Assembly (NCBI RefSeq): GCF_009914755.1
Contig: NC_060942.1
Source: the human T2T-CHM13v2.0 reference genome, Homo sapiens
Direction: 5' to 3' (one strand)
DNA length: 64,000 nucleotides
In this document: positions 1 through 14,215 of the stretch, piece by piece
Layout of the letters: each line of letters begins with the position of its first letter
Position numbering within the stretch: position 1 is the first letter of the stretch
Translations under genes and position numbers: made by a program
Notes under the pieces: model-generated
What the model saw: only the letters and a program-made list of their open reading frames with translations
What the model was told of the DNA's origin: nothing
Databases searched by the model: none

Positions 1-589
1 GGACTCTCATGGTTCTTGTATGTTGGCTCGTTTGTTTTGCTTTTGGTTATTTTTTGTTTTTGTTTGGTTCGAGAGTCCTTTCCTCTACTTCAACTCAATG
101 CCCCCTCCCACCTTGCTCAGGGAGCTGTCCCCGACTTTCCCATGTGGGAAAAAGCACTTGAATCTTCCATGTGCACACAGTCTTTGATATGTGCCTCTGT
201 TATGGAAACTGACCAAAGTGTTGTCATTATTTAGTTGATAAAGCTGTCTCTTCTAGAGTGCATTAATTTCTTATTCTTCATATGTGCAGATAATTGCAGA
301 ATTCTGGAATGGATACATGGTTGGAGATTTCATGGATGATATTGTTAGTAGCAAAGATAGGGATAACAGGAAAGTGCCAGTTTGTGAGGGAGTTAAATAA
401 ATTGATTTTTAAAATACTGAGTTTGAGATTTCTGTGGGCAATCCAACTGGAAATAATTAGTAACATGGGCATGGAATTCGAAAGAGGCATTGGTCTGCAC
501 AAACAAACTCGGTTATAATTAGTATGTGGATAGTCAGAGCAACCCCAAATGAAAGCAATCCATCTGTTTAACCTATTGATACTTTTAAA

Positions 590-874
590 AAACTTTTATT
601 TTATTTTTAATTGACAATAATGACTGTATATATTTATGAGGTGCAATGTGATGCTATGATACATGTATGCATTGTGGAGTGATCAAACCAGACTAACACA
701 TCCATCATCTCAGATACTTATAATTTATTTGTTGTGTTAATCTATTAATTATTTTGATTCCTTTTTTGGTTTATTATATGTAATTAAGGTATACAACATG
801 ATGCTTTGATATGCATAGAGAAATTATTACTACAGTCAAGTAAATTAACTTATTCATCACTTTCCATAGTTGCC

Positions 875-905
<31 letters not shown>

Positions 906-1530
906 AGTGTGTGTGTGGTAGGAGAACCTAAAACCTACTCTCTTTGCAAATTTTTAGTGTACAATACTATAGTATTAACTAAAATCCTTTTGCTGCACAC
1001 CAGATCTCTAGACTTCTAAATCCCACCTAGCTGCAAATCTGTACCGTTTAGTCTACTTCTTCCCATTTCCTCCTCCTCCCCAACCCTGAAACCACTGTTC
1101 TACTCTCTGTTTCTATGTGTTTCACTTTTGTTTTAGATTCCATATGTAAGTGAGCTTATACACTATTTTGCTGTCTGTGTCTGGCTTATTTCACTTAGCA
1201 TAATGTACTCCAGGTTCATTCATGTTGTGGCTAACGTCAGTATTTCCTTCTTTTTAAAGGCTGAGTTCTATTCCACTCTGAGTGTATATATACACAATGA
1301 TTGGTTTATCCATTCATCCATCAATAGGCACTAAGTTTGTTTTCATATCTTGGCTATTGTGAATCATGCTTCAATGAACATGGGAGTGCAGATAGCTCTA
1401 CAAGGTGCTGATTTAATTTCTTTTGTGTATATATCTAGCATAGGAATTGCTGAGTTGCATGGTAGTTCTATTTATAATTTTTGGAGAAACATCACACTGT
1501 ATTCTACAATAGCTGTACCAATTTACATTC
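590..1530 (-). mobile_element. Old L1 (L1MA/MB-type) 3' fragment(s) with internal (TG)n at about 875-917
   Basis: Reverse L1 3' motifs, e.g. tttagattccatatgtaagtgag, ctggcttatttcacttagcataatg, ttggctattgtgaat. Confidence 0.8.
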
Positions 1531-1811
1531 TTAGAGAGAGTTTTGAGATTGGGTGGAAGACTGCTGTGTTTTCCTTTCACAGAAATTTTAACAGCTGATG
1601 ATCAAAATGCATATTTTAGAAGAATGTGAATATGTGAAATATTTAGCACAAATTTATAGGAAGCATTTTTTAATGATTAAGTAGCTATAAACATCTTCTT
1701 TTATTGTGTGTGGAAATGAGAAAGTCTGATCTTGTTTAAGTGTGTCTTGGCCTTAGTTTTCTTATTGTTAAATAGGAATAATAATAGCAAACCTTGGAAG
1801 TATGTTATTAA

Positions 1812-2123
<312 letters not shown>

Positions 2124-2914
2124 TGTTATTAGTATTTTAAAAGGGATAACATTTGTGAAAGCATTCACACTTCTTGCACATACTAGATGCTCAATAAATT
2201 TTATTAACAAGCATTTATTGAGTTCCCTCCATGTGGCAGGTACAGTTCTAGGCACAAAGATCCCTACTCATATGGAGCTAATACTCTGATGCAGGGAGGG
2301 GGGTGAAAGCCATAAAAAATTAACATGAAAGAAGCAAATTATATCCCAAATGATAGCATAATTCATTTTACATTGAAAATTCACATAGTTCAAGTAGCCA
2401 CAAACTTCAATGACTTCAGGGGCCAGAAAAGTAATCCAAATATATGTCAGGTTGATCGAAAAGAGCACCCCTTTTTTATTATGCTACTTTTGAGAAAAGA
2501 TAATAGTACTGAAAATATGTCTTTTTCCCTTCTTAAATCTACCTTCAGAAAACCAACCTACAATGTCATGATAAAATGACAATTGACAGCATTTCTGTCT
2601 GTGAATGAATGGCAAGCTGCAGAGGGCACTGTCTAAGGGAAAGCCTTGTGTTACCTCTAGCCAACTGGTGACCTTCAGGAATATGGATTCTGTGTCACCA
2701 GACTTTCCAATTTTTCAAGAGGAGTCACAAATTTGCATTTGAGATGAAATGTCCTGATTTTTAATGTAGCAATGTATTCATAAATTCTTTCAATTGTAAA
2801 AGCCGTCACCTTCCCCATATCATTCCTACTCCTCACCACCACAAATTTGGAATATATCTGGCCTGGTAATCAGGTTTTAATCTCTGAAAAAAACTGAGGT
2901 TTAATATATGTGAC

Positions 2915-3223
2915 TTTCTTTTTCTTCTTCTTCTTTTTTTTTAGACAGAGGCTTGCTCTATAACCCAGGCTTGAGTGCAGTGGTGCAATCTTGGCTCACT
3001 GCAACCTCCGCCTCCTGGGTTCAAGTGATTCTCCTGCCTCAGCCTCCTAAGTAGCTGGGATTACAAGCACCTGCCACAACACCCAGCTAATTTTTATATT
3101 TTTAGTAGAGATGGGATTTCAACTTATTGGTTAGGCTGGTCTCGAACTCCTGACCTCAAGTGATTCACCTGCCTCGGCCTCCCAGAGTGCTGGGATTACA
3201 GGCATGAGTCACCTCACTTGACC
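2915..3223 (-). mobile_element. Alu (AluS-like)
   Basis: Both arms recognisable; flanking direct repeat TATGTGACTTT. Confidence 0.92.
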
Positions 3224-3329
3224 TATGTGACTTTTTAAATAAGATTTTGTTCTACTATATTTAATAAAATTTGACAGTTGAAAAATGTGTTTCTCCACTC
3301 TAAGCATACAGTCCTTAACTATTATATAA

Positions 3330-3958
<629 letters not shown>

Positions 3959-4147
3959 CTTCTTTCTGTTTTAGATACAGATATGATGGCTGGAGTTGCA
4001 TTAGCCATCTTGTGGCTATGAAACAATTTGTACAAAAGATAGTTGGGCAGAAAAAGAGAAGCCTCCTGAGACATTGTTGCCGTGAGTAATCCCTAATACA
4101 AATCGAAGACTCCGAACTTGTTTAACATTAAATAAAAATGAACTTTT

Positions 4148-4488
<341 letters not shown>

Positions 4489-5327
4489 TAAAAATGAACT
4501 TTACCTTGTTTAAACCACTCTTATTTCTATTATCAGCAGACTAATGCAAGTCCTGGCTGATTCACTGAGATCATTAAGAAAAAATAAACAAAAAACCAAC
4601 TTTTTATATAGCCTACAAGGTGGAACAGCAGAATTTCACCTCAGTCAATTCAAATATGGAATCACCATTTGTCATATACAGCAAAACCATAAAATTATCT
4701 TTGTTCATGCTGAACGCTCCATGATTTTCTGTTTAAACTCATCTTTACTCATTCTGAAGTCTATTCAAGCAGGCATTAAGACAGTTGTGAATTGTGATGA
4801 ACATTCATTGAATTAATTCATGGGAAAAAAGTTTTATTTATTTTTATTTGCCTTTATTTTCATTAGCTGAAAAATGAGAACATACCTCAGGATACTAGAA
4901 TGCAACAAAATATTAACTCTCTCAGACTTAAGGAATCACGTCTACTAGATCATTTTTGTGTAGGAATACAAAACAGAAGTGATAAAAATGGTGTGCTTAA
5001 TTTAAAAATGTGCATATTTAGGGAAGGTATTTTTATTTAAAATTTTAATTAGTGCAGCAATTAAATATTAAATCCCATAACAAACAAAACACCTGTCAAG
5101 CACAGTTAGAAGGGAGAATACAATGATGAATACAATATCATCTCTACCTTAAAGAACATCATAGTTTGGTTTATAAAATCAATAAACAAAATTATTTTTA
5201 GAGTTGAAAAATTGAGGTAAATGAGGTTCAATGATTTAATACAGATTATACAGCAGGTTAATAGAAGAATCCCAGTCTCCTCACTCCTAAATCAATGGCT
5301 TTCTACAAAGTCAGACCTCTGACTTTA

Positions 5328-5615
5328 ATTTTTTAAATTTTTAGTTGAGATAGGGTCTCACTCTGTCACCCAGGCTGGAGTGCAGTAGTACAATCATAGC
5401 TCACTGTAACCTTAAATTCCTCAAGGGATTGTCCCTGTTCAGTCCCCTGAATAGCAAAGACTACAGGCACGGTGCAGCTAACATTTTTAAAGATTTTTTG
5501 TAAAGATGGGGTTTCACTATATTGCCCAGGCTGGTCTCAAACTCCTGGCCACAAGCAATCTTCCCACTTTGGCCTCCCAAAGTGCTGGGACTACAAATGT
5601 GAGCCACTGAAGGCT
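5328..5615 (-). mobile_element. Alu (AluJ-like, diverged)
   Basis: gagatagggtctcactctgtcacccagg through gagccactg; J-type caatcatagctcactg. Confidence 0.88.
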
Positions 5616-5733
5616 TTTGACTTTAGAGAGGATGGAAGATAGTATCTTCAAATGACACATTATTGTACTTTTTTTTTGAGACGTATTGTACCTTTTTTTT
5701 ATTTCCATGAAGTAATGCTCCCTTTTCTTCTGA

Positions 5734-6108
<375 letters not shown>

Positions 6109-6599
6109 TGAACTCTTAACCAAAAGAAAGTGAGTTTTCAAAGTACAGAAGTTAACCTGCTACCTTCACTGATTCATGACTTGGGTAAAACAATTATTTA
6201 CATCCAATCTTTTTTCTTTCCCCATATCAGATTACATTCAGCTACATATAACAGAAAACCTAAAGTTGTATGGCTTAAACACAAAAAGGTTTATTCACAC
6301 ACATGACCAAGTTTAGAGGTAGGAAGTCTAAGGCAGATTGGAGGCTCTACAATTTGTCAGGGATTCAGCCTCTGTTAATCTTTTTGCTCCACTATTCTGA
6401 AGCTCACAAAATGGCTGCCTGAGCACCAGGCATCACATCCATGTTCTAGATGTTATCTAAATAATATCTAATTATCTAGACATTAACTAATATCATGGAC
6501 CTGCTGCCTGAGGCTACCTGTATTGCTTACTCCATGAAACTAATCATGTTTTTCACCTATTCGTTTTTGCTGTCTTTCCCCTCACCTAATTACTTATGT

Positions 6600-6980
6600 A
6601 GTGCTTATCCAAGTTTTATGTGCTTACAGATCTCCTAGAGATCTCATCAAAATGCAGACTCTGATTCAATAGGTCTGAGGTGGGGGCTAAGTATCTATTT
6701 GTCTAAGAAGCTCTCAGGAGATGCCAATGCTGCTGGTCCACAGACCACGCTGAGTATCAGAGAGGTAGCGCTGAGGTGAGGAATAGAACGACAGACATTC
6801 TCAACCTTGACAGTACATCAGAAAGGCCTGGGGAGTCTGTTAACCTACTCTATAGCTGGGTCCCATTCTCAATGTTTCCTATTCAGTAGATCTGGGCTAA
6901 GGACCAAAGTATTTGCATTTCTAATAAGTTTCCAGATGATGCTGAGCCTGCTAATCCAGGAATTACACTTCAAGAACCAG
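6600..6980. mobile_element. Two adjacent MER5-type hAT-Charlie MITE remnants
   Basis: aaatgcagactctgattcaataggtctgaggtgggg and atttgcatttctaataagtttccagatgatgctg resemble the MER5 consensus. Confidence 0.65.
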
Positions 6981-9503
6981 TGACCTTGAATTTTAGTATG
7001 GATCTCAAAGAGGTGGGAAATACGGTGAGTGTAGGACAGTAGCACATCCCTCTTGCAGGATACCTACTATGGATGGAAGATCTTTAGAAACTTGGATTTT
7101 AAGAGAGATTTTGAACTATGTAAATGTCATCCACCACTCAGTACCAAATATTCTATATCTTTTAGGGGAGGCAAAGCCAAGTAAGGAAATCCTTTCATTT
7201 CCACTTTTGATTAGAGGGTTTCTTTTAGTTTTTCTTGAACTCTACCTGGTAGAAAATAACATTAATTTTAGGCAAATTAAAACTTCAGATATCTCAAATG
7301 AAGCCTTGAGTTTTTTTAGTGTTAATAATTCCACAGTATATCATTTAGAAGTCTCTAAACATAGACAAATAGAATTCCACAGTTACAGGTATCAAATTGT
7401 TGCACACTGACAACCAAATTTTTAAAATGTTGAAATCCTACATATTCTCAGGCAAATGCAGACCACAGGAAAACCACATTTGTCTTTCATTGTTTTTTTT
7501 TTCTCTAAAGTTAGGGAATAAACAACTGCTAACTCTGTAGATTGATTTATGAAAGGATATTTTATTTCGGTCAATCAAAAAACTTACTTTAAGAAGTGAA
7601 TATCTTAAAATAATAAAAGACTTAACTTCATAAGATATATATTATAAATGCACTTCACACATTTGTTTTTATAATCCTTCTAATACACTTAAATTAGTCT
7701 ATTTAAAATAACTATTTTTAAAAAGTTATTTTGGTTTTGGTAGTAAGGATTTGAGGTAATATAATGTGATTCTTATTTTTTATGTAAACATTTTTTTGAA
7801 GAGTTTTGAAAAATTACGCTAACTTAATTTTATTGGGCCCTATAAAATATGCAAGAATCTATCCATTCTTAGTAACGTTTTCTTCTGCTATACTTCTTTA
7901 TTTTCTTCTTTTCTACAAAAGCAGAAAGACAAATGCAGTGTCTAGTCAAATGCAACACTCCTTCAGATTTATTAGAAAAGCAGATAAAAGAGAGTAGAAA
8001 AATGCAGCAATATACATTGTTTGTTTCATTACCCTAATTTCATTTAGGTTTTTCAACTAGTACAGAACTTTCATAACTACCATGCAATAAAAAGAGGGCT
8101 TTTCTGTGATAATAAAAATCTTTGACTCTAAAACATCTATTTTGAGCATTTTCTAAATAACACAGCATATGACTTTTCTGAAAGTAAATATATGCATAGA
8201 TGTCAAGTTGTATGAAATACTTTTAATAAACACAGGAGTAAGCAGAAGTTCAGTAAAATTAGGACATGTCTAATGAAGCTCACTTATAAAATTACATTGA
8301 TTTTCATCTACCCTGGTGTTCTCATGAAATTTTTTCACATGAAATATTTGAGATCTGAAATAAGATAAGAAAATTTAACTGTATATCTTCCTCAATACTG
8401 ATTTAATTCTAGAAAAACCAGTCATAACTATTAACTTATTAACTGACAATTAAGTTTTATGAAATAAATCCATGAAATGCAATCTTTTATTAACAAATGA
8501 AATTTGTAAGCAATCTGATAGAGTGTCACATATTTTATCAAACATACAATTAACATTTAATTTTGGGAGTAAGCAGAGAATGATTTTGAATTGCCTAAGT
8601 AAACCAAAAGACAGTCAAAGTTTCTCTGAGATAAACTCTAATGATATTTTGAAAATATTTTAAATGGCCAAAACTGTTTAATACAAATTTATTTCTCACA
8701 CTTTCTAATAATTTTTCTAATGCTTTTGGAGTATCTTCTCTTGCTGACTGAGCTATCTACCTCTGGATATTAATTATTACATTTTGAATGTAGGTAGAAA
8801 TTGTTCTTGGAGTAACTAAAAATCATTAGCTGAAATTTAACTTACATATGTTCGTTTGTCTTCATATTTCTTTTCACTTGCTTAATTATGGGAAAGAAAA
8901 TGTATATCTGAACATAAAAGTACAATTAAAGTTAAGGTTCAGTTAATGATTTTTAATTACTCCAAGAACATTTTGTACCTACATTCAAGAATGTAACTTT
9001 TTATGATAAATGTCCAAATTTATATTATATTTTAAAATTTTAGAACTGATATTATCAGAGCAACCTGTACATCAGAGAACAAAAATTGCATGACCACAAA
9101 AATATTTTATAATGGTTATAAAAATTATATGTTATGGATACCTTATAAAATCTGATTTATTAAAATCACTTTTTTCTTCTGATCCAATATCCAATTTCAT
9201 ATCAAGAAGCGCCTTTAATTTGGAACTGAGAATTAGAAGACTAGTCACAAAATTTTTTTAAAAAGCCACTCATTTTTAAAAATAGTTAACTAGTTAGAAA
9301 ATATCTAGTTAATAGATTTTTTTAAGTCTTTGTTTTTTCTGGATGAGAAATTTCCATACTGTTATTGTTTATAGACTTATAGAGTTTGCCACAAATGACT
9401 ACGAAAATGCTATTTAAATATATAGTTTCTTTTTAGATTAATAAAATATACTATCCTATTAAAATGTTATACATTCAAAATTATTTCTGAATGTGTGCGT
9501 TCA

Positions 9504-9509
9504 TTTATT
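9504..9509 (-). terminator. Candidate DSC1 polyadenylation signal AATAAA
   Basis: TTTATT on + strand about 1.33 kb past the stop codon, followed on the minus strand by U-rich sequence; usage is inferred. Confidence 0.6.
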
Positions 9510-9555
9510 CATCATTCTACAAATGTTTGGTAAGTGTTGCTGTAATCGATTTCAA

Positions 9556-9758
9556 TTTTTTTTTTTTTTTTTTTTTTGAGACGGAGTTTCGCTCTTGTTG
9601 CCCAGGCTGGAGTGCAGTGGCAATCTCGGCTCACTGCAACCTCCGCCTCCTGGATTCAAGCGATTCTCCTGCCTCAGCCTCCTGAGTAGCTGGGATTACA
9701 GTCATTCGCCACCATGTCCGGCTAATTTCTTATATTTTTAGTAGAGTGGGGGTTTCTC
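9556..9758 (-). mobile_element. 5'-truncated Alu (right arm, A22 tail) within the probable DSC1 3'UTR, sense to the mRNA
   Basis: T22 at 9556-9577 then gagacggagtttcgctcttg; similarity stops just past the middle A-rich linker. Confidence 0.9.
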
Positions 9759-10838
9759 ATATACATTCTAGTCCCTAATTCTGACTGCCCATTTTCTTAA
9801 AGTAACTGTAAATTTAGGCTGAGTCTTAAGTTCTAATACAGATGGTAATTCAATTTCTGGCATATTCAAGGTGCTAGTCTCTGTATATCAGAGTTGCAGC
9901 CTAATGCATCAGGGCTAGTTGTCCAAATGCTTGGAGATGGCAGGTGGCAACCACAGATAAGGCAGGCCTATGTCAAACTCAAGAGTGAATGTTTTTGCTA
10001 AAGTATTTATATTTTTAAAATGTTAGTAGTAAACCATGTTGAGCAAACGAAACATATTTGTGAGCATAAGTCAACCCATGGACCTCAGGGCTGCAATTCT
10101 TTCATGGAAATCTTCTCATGTAATCTTCATAAAATCTCTGCCCCTCAATTTGCTATGAGCTTGTTCTGGTCCTTATCTTTCCAAGAACCCTAGAAGTTGG
10201 AGTGACCTAACAACAAATCCACATGGGCAGAGGTCCAGGGACTGAGCTCTGAAGGATCCTGAAAGAAAACAATGCTGGGAGCACTGCTCTGAGGAGTACA
10301 AAAGTGTAAAAGAGAAATGAACTTAATCACAAAACTGAAGATTGCACTGAAGAATACTTAAAAGTCCTTTTTAAACCACTCAGTTGGAGAGAATGCAATT
10401 ATCTGGCACCAACTATGTTCTAAGAACATAATTCTCCCCAAGATTTTGAAGAACATATTTAATTCGTACATCTACAATGCAAATTCATCTTTCATTGGCC
10501 TCTATAATACCCAGCTTTCCCAAATGCTCTTCCACAGCACAAAAAGTAACATCAGTTTGCAAATAAAAGGTGCAAGAAGGTGTACAGTACAGTCGTGAAA
10601 AGGGCAATATATACATGCATATAAAAGAGAATTAACAAACAAAACCTTGATTTCTAGAGAACATGGAAGTTATACCAGACAAGGAGAATGTAGGGGAATC
10701 TCATATTTATAGTACCCTTACCTATACATGACAAAGTTTACCTCCATAAACAAAAACATTAGCAGATGCTGCTAACATTCTGCAAGTAATAAACTCCTAC
10801 TTATGCATCTGTGGATATTACACTATTAAAAGGCACAT

Positions 10839-11036
10839 TTATTTCTTGATGCATGTCTTTGCTAATGTCCTAAATTTGGGTTCCAGGTGATCTAGAAACT
10901 CCAGTCCCTCTTCTTCCTGCCGATCGCTGCAGCAACCTACTGAGCCGGCCAGAGAACCTTTGCCTTCATAGTTATAAGAAAAAACGTAGTCTTCACAATG
11001 TTTATGCTCCTCATCTTGTCCACACAAATACACCTT
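10839..11036 (-). CDS. DSC1: DSC1 last exon coding part for isoform a ([10 protein letters not shown]...TLAKTCIKK*), intracellular cadherin segment (plakoglobin-binding)
   Basis: Acceptor ATACAG|AAG; YxYEGxGSxAGS motif; TAA at 10841-10839. Confidence 0.96.
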   Translation of the reverse strand, partial: KVYLCGQDEEHKHCEDYVFSYNYEGKGSLAGSVGCCSDRQEEEGLEFLDHLEPKFRTLAKTCIKK

Positions 11037-11117
11037 CTGTATCAAAAAAGAGCACATTTTATTATTTTTTAAAAAACACCTAAACATATTAGCAGAAAAA
11101 TGATGTCTTTGATTTAC

Positions 11118-11163
11118 CTTTTACTGTTTAATTTTTAATCAGAGTGTGTCCTCTAATGGATTC
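11118..11163 (-). CDS. DSC1: DSC1 alternative 46-nt exon 16 ([11 protein letters not shown]), defining isoform Dsc1b (840 aa); stop at 11130-11128
   Basis: TATATAG|GAATCCATTAGAGGACACACTCTGATTAAAAATTAAACAGTAAAAG|GTAAAT; the 46-nt stop-bearing exon is the established a/b splicing switch of desmocollins; absent from the ORF track. Confidence 0.95.
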
Positions 11164-11918
11164 CTATATATAAAAAATGCACAGGATTGGTCTGTATTAT
11201 AGTCACTCTTAAAATATAGCAAATAAATAAATGCTTCTAGTGAGCACATTTAAAAAATTAAGACTACGCATATATCACGCAACACATTTATAATTTCCCA
11301 TTTGAACACAAAACATGTATATTTGAAATTTACCTTTGTAGCTTCTTCACGTATTTGAGGAAAACCAATATAGGCTATGATTCCTATGTTTATACACTAC
11401 TATATAACTGTGATAGTGTAATATATTAAACTGGCTAATATCAAACCTATACTGATTAATCTGAACATAAAACAAAACAAGGAACTAAAACTCAAAATAA
11501 AAGCTCAACAATTTATCTGGTTGATTTTGATAGCCAGGACTTCATAACCACACAAAGAACTCAAGCACACTGAGAAATGTTTATAATTTATGATCCATTC
11601 ATTCCTGTATAATAAATATTTCACTCCAGGTGGTTTTCCTGTTAATTTCTAGGGAAGAGGCTATCAACCTTTTATCCTTTGTAAACACATCTACATATGG
11701 CACTCCTAGATAAAGTTTTGTAAACTGTATTTTCAAAGGTGAATTTTCAAAGATCATTTTTATCTTTGGGTTTAAACCAGACATCCACATCTATGATAAT
11801 CCAACATGTAAAAGATGTTGAATTCCAGGTATATGAGGAGTAAAACTTTTGGGAAATTCTGATTTCTAACTAGCATTTAACTTCCATGTAATATGACCTC
11901 AAAGACAGTGGAACTTAC

Positions 11919-12167
11919 TTCGCCAAGCCGAGGTTGGGTGAAACTCTGCCAGTCCGTGTACGCATATCTGCCAGTATCTCCCTGCCCCACTCCCTTGACG
12001 GACTCCAAGGTCTGATGTCCACCTCCTTTGTTGGAATCCAAAGTGTAGCCTCCTTTGACCATCTCAAAACTTTGCTGTGTTTTGATTCCCTGGCCACCAA
12101 CAGTACCAACAGACATGCTTGTGTCACAAATGTTGGATGTCTGCATGGGGAGTCTAATATTTGCTTC
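11919..12167 (-). CDS. DSC1: DSC1 exon 15 (EANIRLP...WQSFTQPRLGE), 249 nt
   Basis: Acceptor TTTTAG|, donor GAA|GTAAGT; overlaps ORF 11877..12146. Confidence 0.96.
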
Positions 12168-12312
12168 CTAAAAGTAAAGTGAGAGTGATAAAGTGAATTT
12201 GAAAAATGGAAACTAACAATTCATTTTCATTTTTTTTCACCATAGGCAAATCACTTGCCTGCTGTGCCTCTCTGTTCCTCATACATAAAATCAGAATAAT
12301 AGTATCATAGGT

Positions 12313-12720
12313 GTGATGGGTTGAATTGAGTCCCCTAAAAATTCATATGCCCTAACCCTCAGTAACTCAGAATGTGAACTTATTTGGAAATAGGGTCATT
12401 GTAGATGTAATTAGCTAAGATGAGGTTATATGGGATTAGAGTGGGTCCCTAAGCGAATATAATCAGTATCCTTATAAAAAGGGGAAATTTGGACACAGAC
12501 ATGCACACATGGAGAATCGCCATATGAAGATTTGATTTCCACTGCCATAAGCCAGGGAATTGGCAGAAGCTAGGAGAGAGTCCTGGAACAGATCCCTCCC
12601 CAGTTCCTTCAGAGGGAGCACGGACCTGCCAACACCTTGATCTCTGATTTCTAGTCTCCAGATCTGTGAAACAATACTTGTCTGTTGTTTAAGTCACTCA
12701 GTTTGTTGTGACAGCCCTAG
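12313..12720 (+). mobile_element. MLT1-family MaLR solo LTR in intron 14, apparently interrupting a MIR
   Basis: tgtgatgggttgaattg...ccttatttggaaatagggtc-like...gacagccctag; MIR-like halves at about 12250-12310 and 12725-12815. Confidence 0.8.
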
Positions 12721-12892
12721 CCCTGTAGAATTGGGAGGTTTAAATGATTTAAAACACTGAGGGCACTTGAAACTCTGCTTAGCATAGTAAGTGCTCAATA
12801 AACATTAGTGATATTATCATTGACATTGTTGAGTAATAATCTGTCATCATTTGTTCACCGTACAATTCAAAGGGATGTGAAATCTGATTTAC

Positions 12893-13014
12893 CGTTACTT
12901 CTTCTCCAGGTCCTTCAGTATTTGATACAATTAAATTTTGCTGGGCTATGTCTTCTGGAAAACATTTCTTGACTGTTCTCTTAGCAGTGACACAGAAACA
13001 TGTAAACAGAATAC
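12893..13014 (-). CDS. DSC1: DSC1 exon 14 (ILFTCFCV...NTEGPGEEVT), 122 nt; end of TM helix and juxtamembrane region
   Basis: Acceptor TTTTAG|, donor ACG|GTAAAT; desmocollin QQNLIVSNTEGPG motif. Confidence 0.96.
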
Positions 13015-14215
13015 CTAAAAAGCAAAAAAGATCAAAGTAAAACACAGACATTAAATCATTTGATTACATGATTTTTTAAAGTCTTCTTGCATATGTCTCA
13101 AAAAATTCATTCCACAAATTGAGCTCTTCAGGTCACAAGATTTAAAAACAGAATATTTTAAAAATGTATTTATACTATTTGTAGCTTAGAGAGATTAATA
13201 ATAGCTCTCTTCCCAGGTCCAGAATTAACTTATATGTGTCTTTTATTTCTTCTACATTGAAATGGTAACTTCATCTAACTGATATTTAAGATAGCATCAT
13301 TAGTAGTTAAAATCATACAGAACACACTTAAAGGGCTTAAAATAACAAGACTAAGAACATTAGGCATAAATACAAACAAGAAAGGCAATTACATAAAATT
13401 GGTGTCTGGTTTCAAAAATGTACATCAACTAATAAAGTGCTAAGAGGAATATCCAATTTAATCTGAAACTCAAATCAATGAATTAGGATACAGTAAAGAT
13501 TATAGGAAAAGTTTGTAAATGCAAATGGGTTCTTTGGGGTCAGAGGGAGAGAGAAAGAAAAAGAAAAGGAAAAGAAGAGAGAAACAGAAAGAAAGAAAGA
13601 GAAAAAGGCAGTCTTAATTAAGCGTGGGCAATATTTCTATTACTTTTGTACCTCCAAATAACAGTTTGCACAATGCAAAATCTTAGCATCCTTTGCCTGT
13701 ATTGCTTTTCCTCAGTGGCTCATATGACCATTTTTCACTCACGGAAGTCTTACGATGATGCTAAATCACTTCATTAATAATATGGAACAGAAATATCTGA
13801 GTAAATTTTGGAATAGCTCTGTTTTCACAAATTCTTTTTGTATGTATGTATTCCCTACATAAACATGGCTGGTTGAAAGACTATATTATTTTACATGGAG
13901 GGAATCTTAATAGTTTTACCCAGCCTCTTCATTTTACACATGGAAAAATGAGTTCAAAAAGGAGGAAATAATTTACCCAATGTCTCACAGATAATTATTG
14001 AAGAACTAAGGCTACCACCTCTGAAACTGACTTTAAATTTAATCTGCTGTTACTGATACATTTATCACTCAGAGCCCCAAGACATAAAATAGATACAATA
14101 TTTTTAAAAGAACACACTTCCCAAAGGCTATTAATATAAAAAACTTCCATGTTTTAAAAATACTAGATAAAATTTTAGCTAACACATTCTAGATAATGAT
14201 ACTTAATATACTTAC

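Noticed and set aside
11037-11087. N-terminal part ([17 protein letters not shown]) of ORF 10839..11087
   Set aside because: It is intronic sequence upstream of the true acceptor at 11036 and is open by chance.
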